This document shows positions 54,450 to 64,000 of a DNA stretch of 64,000 bases, in pieces. The notes under the pieces were generated by a model. It saw only the letters and a list, made by a program, of their open reading frames with translations, did no database searches and was not told where the DNA came from. Position numbers and translations under genes: made by a program. The stretch covers positions 52,452,001 through 52,516,000 of the forward strand of contig OX597831.1 in the NCBI GenBank assembly GCA_951406725.2, in the 5' to 3' direction. Numbering within the stretch: position 1 is the first letter of the stretch; every line of letters starts with the position of its first letter. This stretch comes from Octopus vulgaris (Eukaryota).

Positions 54450-54925
54450 GAGCGACCATCTATCTGACCATCCTCACAGATGACTGATGACTTGCGTACT
54501 GACTTCGTTTAAAATGAAGATTAGTTGCGCACCATCAACCTCATTCTCTCACCTATGACCATTTTCAGTCCAGTAGCAAGACCAGGTTAAGGCATACCGG
54601 GGATGGAGACGAATGCAGTAGATGACCAAGATATCTTACTTGCTTCATCTTGCTCTTTGCCCAGCACAATGCGCTGCTGCAGCCGCCTTCGTCTATTGAT
54701 GAACCATTAAGTTTTCTTCTGCAGAGTCTGCCGAATCTTGTCTTCACGTACATAGGGCAAGCACATTAACCCACATCTGGGACCCTCACAAGTGCCACTA
54801 CACTGGATCGGTGTAGACCTGAGAACAATAGTGTCTAGGAGATGGTTCCACATTCCTCGAAATCTTGGAACTCCCGAATGAGGGCCCTACTACCTGATGC
54901 AGTTTAAAGCCATACCCTGGTCATT
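54450..54925 (-). mobile_element. RTE-like LINE relic
   Basis: KMKQVRYLGHLL (cf. RTE LRYxGH). The 54770-54925 segment resembles 50220-50345 (TGGGACCCT..GG..AATAAT..CCCC). Confidence 0.4.
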
Positions 54926-54960
54926 ATATACATACATACATACATACATACATACATACA

Positions 54961-54992
<32 letters not shown>

Positions 54993-55014
54993 CACAATAC
55001 ACACTTCTGTTATT

Positions 55015-55580
<566 letters not shown>

Positions 55581-55653
55581 ATATATGTATACATACATAC
55601 ACACGTATATATAAACGTATATATGCATGTAAATAAGGACACATTTACATTAT

Positions 55654-55757
<104 letters not shown>

Positions 55758-56843
55758 TGTCTGTGTGTGTGTGTATCTCTGTGTGTTTGTGTTTAAAAGA
55801 TAGCCGAGCAGAAATGATTCAAAGGCATTCTAGCCGTGATGATTCAATCTTTTTTAAACCCTTGACATCCAGGAATAATACATGCATCATTTCTGGGATG
55901 GAGGGGTTTTGTTTGGTTGTTTCTTCTCTTTGGGGGGTAGGCGTGATTTCCTTCTCATATAGTTGAGTGTGATTTGAAGAATATTTGGTTGCTATTCTTA
56001 GCAAGTTTTAGCAACGACTATGAGAATGCTATCTCAATTCATTTATGTCGCAGTTACTACTGCTGCTGCTGTTACGATTGTTGTTGCTATTCCTGTTTTT
56101 GTTGCTACTGTTGCTACTAGTATCGTTATTGTTGCTAGTGTTGTGTTGTTGCTACTGTTTTTTCGTTGCTGTTATTCTTCTGCAGCTGATGTTGTTGCGA
56201 GTGATATTATTTCTTGCAGTTGTTTCTGCTGCATGTGTTGCTTTGTTGTTGAAATTGTTGTTGCTACCATTTCTCTAATTTGTTGCTGCTGATGTTTTGT
56301 TTTTTGTTGTTGCTATTGTTGTTGCCGCTGCACTTGTTGTTGGTGCTATTACTGCTACTAATGCTGAGTCAGATGTTGTTGTAAGTGTTACAAACCGTAG
56401 TGGCTGTTGTTGTTGTTGTTATTGTTTTTGTTGTTGCTGCTGTTCTTCTGAGGACCAGAATCTAGAGAACGCTAAGATGCAAGTTGCCGTTACAATAATA
56501 TTCAGGAAAATTAACGTTGCTTCCTCTCTGCTGTGGCTTTCCACTGTAATTATAAACTAAGTAAAGAAAGAAATCAGAAAATGGCCGCTTTATTGATTGG
56601 TGTATATAGACACGCACACGCACACACACACACACACACACACATACACACACACGCACGCACACACACGCACGCGCACATACACATACACACACATACA
56701 CACAGACATGCACGTACACACACACTTACAGACACATGCATGAATATACACATGCGTGCATGAAGAGACATATAATCAAACGAGTTATTATAAAGATATA
56801 TGCGTATATATACTTGTGAATATACTATACACACTACCAGAGA

Positions 56844-56891
<48 letters not shown>

Positions 56892-57165
56892 CCACGCAAA
56901 CATGCATACATATACGCATTAATACACACAACATTTATATAATAATATTTACTGTATAAAAGTGCGTATGTATGTGCGAATGTGTATATGCATTCATATT
57001 TTACCATAGACACATAATCAAACATGTTATTCTAAACAGATATGCGTATATGCGTTATATATACATGACACTCTATGCATATCCATATACATACATACAT
57101 TTCTATACACACGCACACACATACACACATACATACATACATACATACATACATACATACATACA

Positions 57166-57198
<33 letters not shown>

Positions 57199-57413
57199 GT
57201 ATAAATACATGTACTCACACACAAATATGCAGTACATTTGCATAAAAATATGTATACAGTGTACATGTATGAGTCAGTGTGTGTTTATGTGTATGTTTGT
57301 GTGTGTACATACATATATTACCATACATACATACGCGCACGTGTTTGCGTATGCGTATTTATGTTAACGTATTCTGTTTTTATATAACCATATTCATATG
57401 TATGTACGCGCGC

Positions 57414-57462
<49 letters not shown>

Positions 57463-57471
57463 CATACATAC

Positions 57472-57506
<35 letters not shown>

Positions 57507-57981
57507 CATACATACATACATTGATGTATATAAATATGTATATGTACACAGACGCATATATGTATGTATATATATTTTCATACATAGATACATATATATA
57601 TATATACACACACACTCACATACAAACAAACAATCATACATACATACATACATACATACATACATACATACATACATACATACATACATACATACATACA
57701 TACAGACATACAGACATACATACAGACATACATACATACATACATACATACATACATACATACATACATACATGCATACATACATACATACATATGTGTG
57801 TGATTGTCGCTTGGGAAGTGCATATTATTATAATTGTAGCATCGTTTCTACAGCCACAGAAAAAAAAAGCGTAGCCAAGAGCAACCAGAATTAGCCCAGC
57901 AAATGTATCGTGCGCATACGTACATACTCTCACAAACACGCACACAAATATAAAATTTGTACGCAACCACACAATCGCTCA

Positions 57982-58018
<37 letters not shown>

Positions 58019-58849
58019 ACACACACGCAAGCATATATATATGTTTATGTATACATACATACATACATACATACATACATACATACATACATACATTTAT
58101 ATGCACTCATTTCAAGATAGCCAGATGGGGATCGATATTCAGTTATTTTGCTGTTGATCGTCTGCTCAACCATTTTATCTCGTGGAGCGAGAAAGAGAGA
58201 GAGAGAGAAAGTGTAAATGAGAGACAGAAAGACAAAGAGAGGGAGACGGAGGCAGGAGAGAAAGCTTTTGAAGAACTGTAGACCAAAAGGCTATTTAGAA
58301 ATAAGATGGCAGTAATGCAAAAATTGACTGTCAGCAGAGTTGGAAGGAAATAAGGACTAGTATGCATACTACTAGCTGGATATTCAGTACATGTGTGTGT
58401 GTGTCAATATGTCTGACTGTTTATCTGTCTTATTGTCTGTCTGTCTTTTAGTTGTTCCCCCCTCTCTCGCCTTCCTCATTTTTGTTCATTCTTCTTTATT
58501 TTCTATATCTTTCTATCTTTCTCTCTCTCTCTCACTCTCTCTCTCTCTCTCCCCACCATATACTAAGAGGAACATAACTACACGAGTTTTGTACGTAGAG
58601 ATAATATTCCTCACGGTCATACAGATAAATGCGCACACGCTCGCGTACACACACACGAGTCTGTGTGCGCGCGCGTGTGTGTGCAGTGTCTTGTATCTTT
58701 TACTTGTCTTAGCCATTGGATTCTGTCTTTGCTGGAGCACCATTTGAAGGATTTAGTCGAAGAAACTGACCTTTGTACTTATTTCGAAAGTCGGTGCTTA
58801 TTCTGTCGGACCCCTTTGCCGAAACGCTACGTTAAGGGGACATTAACAA

Positions 58850-59345
<496 letters not shown>

Positions 59346-59382
59346 TAGATAAAAGATAAATATGTGTGACTGTGTGTGCGTA

Positions 59383-59469
<87 letters not shown>

Positions 59470-59470
<1 letters not shown>

Positions 59471-60755
59471 AAGGATTATCGGACAAATGAACTGCTGCAG
59501 GCGTACGATACACCACGACACTATTACGGTGACGTCGGCATAAGCCGACACGAACCTTCCGCGGGATACCCCTCGAAATATCCATCTTCTTCAGTGATGG
59601 TTCAAGAGCCAGCACGTACAGAAGGGGAGAGAGTGGGCATATTTGACCGAGCGGGCGATGCTAAACGATTCCGATAGCTAACCGTTTAATTTGACCATCG
59701 AACAGATACATTGCAGCAATCCAGCCTCTGAGAACCGGACCGAAGCCGGCTGCCGCAAGGACAGTCTCTAAGTATTGATGGTCGACCCAGTGAAAGGCTT
59801 TTGATTGAACTAAATTGATCAGAGCCCCACCCATGCCAGGTTCCTTCCCTACCTTCGTGGTAAGAGGTGCCATCGAGGTAGGAAGTGCCGTCGTGGCAGG
59901 AGGTGAAATCCACCTCCATCCCGACACACCGTGCGCCCAAAAAGTTCGGCGAAGTGCTGCTGAAATTCCATACACATCGGCTTGGACTCGTGTAGCATAC
60001 ACCCGTCCCAGCCCGTCAAAGACCGAATTGTGACTTTGTTGCCACGTTGTACCTCTGCCACCCAGGCCCATCGAACGGCTTTCGTCCTTTCATGTCTAAA
60101 GCACGCGCCCTAGCTCTGATAACGCAATCTTCATGCTTGGCATTTAAGAATTGATCAAGAGCCAATCTCGCCGCCAGCACGTAAGTCGCGATGCCTCTCC
60201 TAAGCACCTCTTCTATATTTCTAACTAGCTCTCCCTTTATCCTAGATTCCTCTAAGGCTATTTCCTTACTAAATCCTACTGCCTCTACTCTACTAGCCAT
60301 TCTCAAGGCTATCCACCAGCGGTTGTTGACGATTGCGCTACCCAACTTTCGATTAACTAACTCGCTAACCCAGTGTCTGAACCCTTGACGCGCCTGGAAA
60401 GATGCGTTCAGCTTCCAGTACCCGGGGCCCTACCTCTGGATCCTGTCTAGGTCGACCATGCAGATCACAAATTTGTGGTCTATGTAGCCGATCACAAATT
60501 TGTGAACTGTGGACAACCTATGCTACTTCTATCTACTGGTCTACAGAATATCATATCTAAATACGATCCGGAAGACCCAGTGTTGTTCACCCATTTCCAT
60601 ATTGGCGCATTCGGGAAATCCAGTCGATATCTGTCAGCCAACTGGAAAAGATTGAGCAGGTTTGTAAGGCTTTTGCACCTCCTCTCCTATCGGCTAGCCC
60701 CACCCTATCCAGGCGTACATCCAAAATAGTGTCCCAATCGCCCACTAAAATTAAA
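59470..60755 (-). pseudogene. L1/Tx1-type LINE ORF2 relic (APE endonuclease end + RT), internally deleted
   Basis: Collinear motifs LILVGDWDTILD, DHKFV, GPGYWKLNAS, ALINLVQSKAFHWVDHQYL..GFG..WIAAMY, CPLSPLLYVLALEP and SAYADVTVIVS. Confidence 0.85.
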
Positions 60756-60818
60756 TATTGACCTGAGGTCGTTGAGCAGACCTCAGGTCAATATTAGTAC
60801 ATACATATATGTATGTAC

Positions 60819-60904
<86 letters not shown>

Positions 60905-60974
60905 GCAATAATAAAGATCAAAGAAATAGTGTGTGTTGAATTAGCAAAACGCTGACCATCCACAAGAATAACAA

Positions 60975-61020
<46 letters not shown>

Positions 61021-61021
<1 letters not shown>

Positions 61022-62310
61022 GAGGGACGTTCAATAAGTAATGCCTCTGATCCACTTCCAGGTGTTTGATCTAGTTGAAATTTTGCATGTGCAATTACTG
61101 ATATCTCTATAGATTAGGTGGCAAATTACAGCTCTGAACTAATTATGGTTTCTGATTTACAGGTGTTTGAACTGAGTCAAGTGTGAAATGGAGCATGTTG
61201 AGTGTCGAGCAGTGATCCGGTTTTTGTATTTGAAAGGACGCACACCACGGGAGACTTTTGATGAAATGAAAGTAACTTATGGTGATGATGCCCCATCATA
61301 TGACCTTGTAAAACGCTGGCATCATGAATTCAAACATGGTCGGAACTCTGTGGAAACAGCTCCCAGATCTGGTCGACACCCTTCTGCCATTGATGAGGCA
61401 TCTGTCCGTCAAGTTGAGGCTGCCATTTTGGAAGATCGACGCATAACTATTCGCCAAATAGCCCATGAGGTCAAGATTAGTACCGGGTCAGTGGAAACTA
61501 TCATTCATGACCATTTGCATATGCAAAAGGTGTCTGCCAGATGAATTCCCAGGCTGCTCACACCTTTCCAGAAGCAAGAACGCGTCGAATGCTCGAGGAT
61601 GAATATGGAGACGTATCAAGAAGATGAGTCAAAGTTTTTCAAAAGACTGATTACACAGGATGAAACCTAGGTCCATCACTATAATCCAGAGACCAAAGCC
61701 CAGTCAATGCAGTGGAAGCACCGTGACTCACCTCCTCCAAAGAAGGCAAGGGTGCAGCCCTCTGCTGGCAAGGTCATGCTCACAGTCTTCTGGGACCAGG
61801 ACGGAGTAGTGATGACAGATTTCCTGGCAAAGGGTACCACAATTACAGGAGCCTATTATGCTTCACTTTTGAGGAAATTAAGAGAAGCTATCAAAATCAA
61901 GAGGCGGGGCAAGATCAGCGAAGGCATCCTCCTCCTGCAGGACAACGCTCCGGTCCACAACTCGCGTGTCGCCAGATCAGAAGCACAGGCGTGCGGCTAT
62001 GAACTCCTCCCCCACCCCCTACTCTCCTGACCTTGCACCCTCTGATTTTCACTTCTTCCCAGCCATGAAGTTGTTTTTGAAAGGAAAGCATTTCCCAGAT
62101 GATGCAGCCTTGATTTCTAAAGTCACGTCGTGGAGGGAGGACCAAGCTGGGGTCTTTTACAAAAACGGTCCCCAGAGCTGGATTAAACGATGGGAGAAAT
62201 GCGTAACTCTGAGTGGTTCCTATGTAGAAAAAGACCAATAACTGTGCCAAGTTCCGTTGCTCTACTGGTATGGGAAGTGGGTCAGGGGCATTACTTATTG
62301 AACGCCCCTC

Positions 62311-62311
<1 letters not shown>
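61021..62311 (+). mobile_element. full-length mariner (DD34D; irritans/Bytmar1-like), 1291 bp
   Basis: ~40-bp TIRs CGAGGG(A/G)CGTTCAATAAGTAATGCC(T/C)CTGA(T/C)CCACTTCC. TA on both sides, within (TA)n. Confidence 0.95.
61188..62241 (+). pseudogene. mariner transposase, inactivated by 2 stops and 1 frameshift
   Basis: HTH N-terminus; SAR*IPRLL (WVP motif, TGA at 61542); ITQDET*VHHY; LLQDNAPVH; 2-nt deletion near 62019 before [10 protein letters not shown]. When repaired, D-to-D spacing is 34. Confidence 0.93.
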
Positions 62312-62351
<40 letters not shown>

Positions 62352-62408
62352 AGAGAGAGAGAGAAATATAGATATAGATACATATATATCTATGTATATA
62401 TACACATA

Positions 62409-62481
<73 letters not shown>

Positions 62482-62552
62482 ATATGTATGTATGTATAAG
62501 TATGTATGCGTGTATGTATGTGTGCATATATATATATTATACAGTTATTATA

Positions 62553-62640
<88 letters not shown>

Positions 62641-63014
62641 TATATCTATTATTATACTTTGGGGTGGTTATCAGTACATGTCAGAATGAGAAAGAAACGA
62701 GGAAAGTATCAGGTGGTCGCGAGATGGACTAAGAGTAACAGCTGAATTTTCCTTAAATCACACACAAAATTTCTTCACTTTTTTAGCGTAATCGTACGAA
62801 TTCCCGTATGTAGAACGCAAATACGCGAAAGTTTCATGAAAATTCTAAAAAATAACAAAAAAAACTCATTAGGGCTTATATGGGATGCTTATACCAGAAT
62901 TCCACCAAATTTGGTTGCTACTTCTAGCAAATAGACCAACCACTTATAAGCTCCAGTAATGGCTCGCTTCGCAAATCTGTAGATACGCCTGTTGTTCACA
63001 ATAGTTACTTACAG

Positions 63015-63081
63015 TGACGCCATCTTTTACATGACGTACCCGGATTTAGCTGTAGATCAATACGCTATCGACTCACCTTAT
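63015..63081 (+). CDS. candidate 67-bp internal exon, product unknown
   Basis: TTACTTACAG| acceptor and |GTAAGT donor. Open frame DAIFYMTYPDLAVDQYAIDSPY in otherwise non-repetitive sequence. No family recognised. Confidence 0.25.
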
Positions 63082-63379
63082 GTAAGTTCCAGGTAAAAAC
63101 AGCAGAGAATCTGTAAATCATTTGTCCTTTTGATCTGAAACACCCCTTAGATCTTCGGCTCCTGATGCCATGGAGAGCCGCCAGCCCTGTGCAACATAAT
63201 GTATCTCACTAAAAACTACATTTCCGTAGACAGAAATCTGCTTCAAAAGAATCTTAGAAGATTCCAACAGATCCATTAAAGAATTTGCTGCCAGCTTCTT
63301 GGACAGAATCCGAAGCGAACAGATTACATCATGATGAGAATCATCATAATGATTATCATCATCATCATCATCATAATAA

Positions 63380-63427
<48 letters not shown>

Positions 63428-63454
63428 CAGCAGCAGCAGCCATGATAATAATTG

Positions 63455-63498
<44 letters not shown>

Positions 63499-64000
63499 GG
63501 CTTGGCGGCCATTATCGCAGTCGTCGTCGTCATATCATCATACTGATCCTCATCATCATCATCATAATCAATAATAATAATGATGATGATGAACACGATA
63601 GTGACGACGGCCATTATCGTCGTCGTCGTCTTCATTCTCATCCTTAGCATCATCATTATCCCCCTCCTCCTCTTCTTCATCATCATCATCATCATCATCA
63701 TAATCATTAATATTGTTTTTATTGTTGTTGCTGTTGCTACGGATTGTGTTGCAGCTGCTGCAGTTTTTTGTTATTGTCGTTGTTATTGTTATTCTCAATT
63801 GTTGCAGTTGTTTTGTTGTTCTTGCCTCTTTTTTTTTGCTTTCTTTTACTTTTCTTTTCTTTTTTTTTTCTTTTTCTTATTTATCGTTTTCTTTCACACA
63901 CAGTATAATCACAAGTTTCCCATTGATTTCGGTTAGATTTTAAATTGCACACAAACTAAGCCAGAAATAACGGTCCTCTGGTGTCGCTTTAAATCTGTGT

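Noticed and set aside
63077-63134. Minus-strand peptide SKGQMIYRFSA resembling a sodium-channel N-terminal motif
   Set aside because: The flanking residues do not continue the match and no other channel exon is visible; likely chance.

Overview
Eukaryotic, AT-rich, almost entirely repetitive DNA. It is probably intronic or intergenic sequence of an octopus; this is inferred from the extreme (TA)/(CA)/(CATA)/(TATC) microsatellite density and the tRNA-SINE types. No intact host gene is recognisable, and nearly all ORF-track entries are microsatellite translations. The window is a mosaic of: (i) four interrelated tRNA-derived SINE groups, labelled A-D here, several with clear TSDs; (ii) LINE relics of the CR1, RTE, L1/Tx1, Penelope and restriction-like-endonuclease (R4/Dong-like) types; (iii) three non-autonomous Helitrons; (iv) a full-length but inactivated DD34D mariner plus deleted mariners; (v) tandem repeats and a TAAT-rich satellite. 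The most interesting signals are small non-coding elements carrying minimal type-I hammerhead ribozyme motifs, one of them fused to a tRNA Pol III head in an inverted arrangement. Also notable are REL-LINE 3' ends that repeatedly sit inside (CATA)n, and combinatorial head/tail swapping among the SINEs. All calls were made by eye. Family names are by motif resemblance, not database search, and boundaries of degraded elements are approximate.
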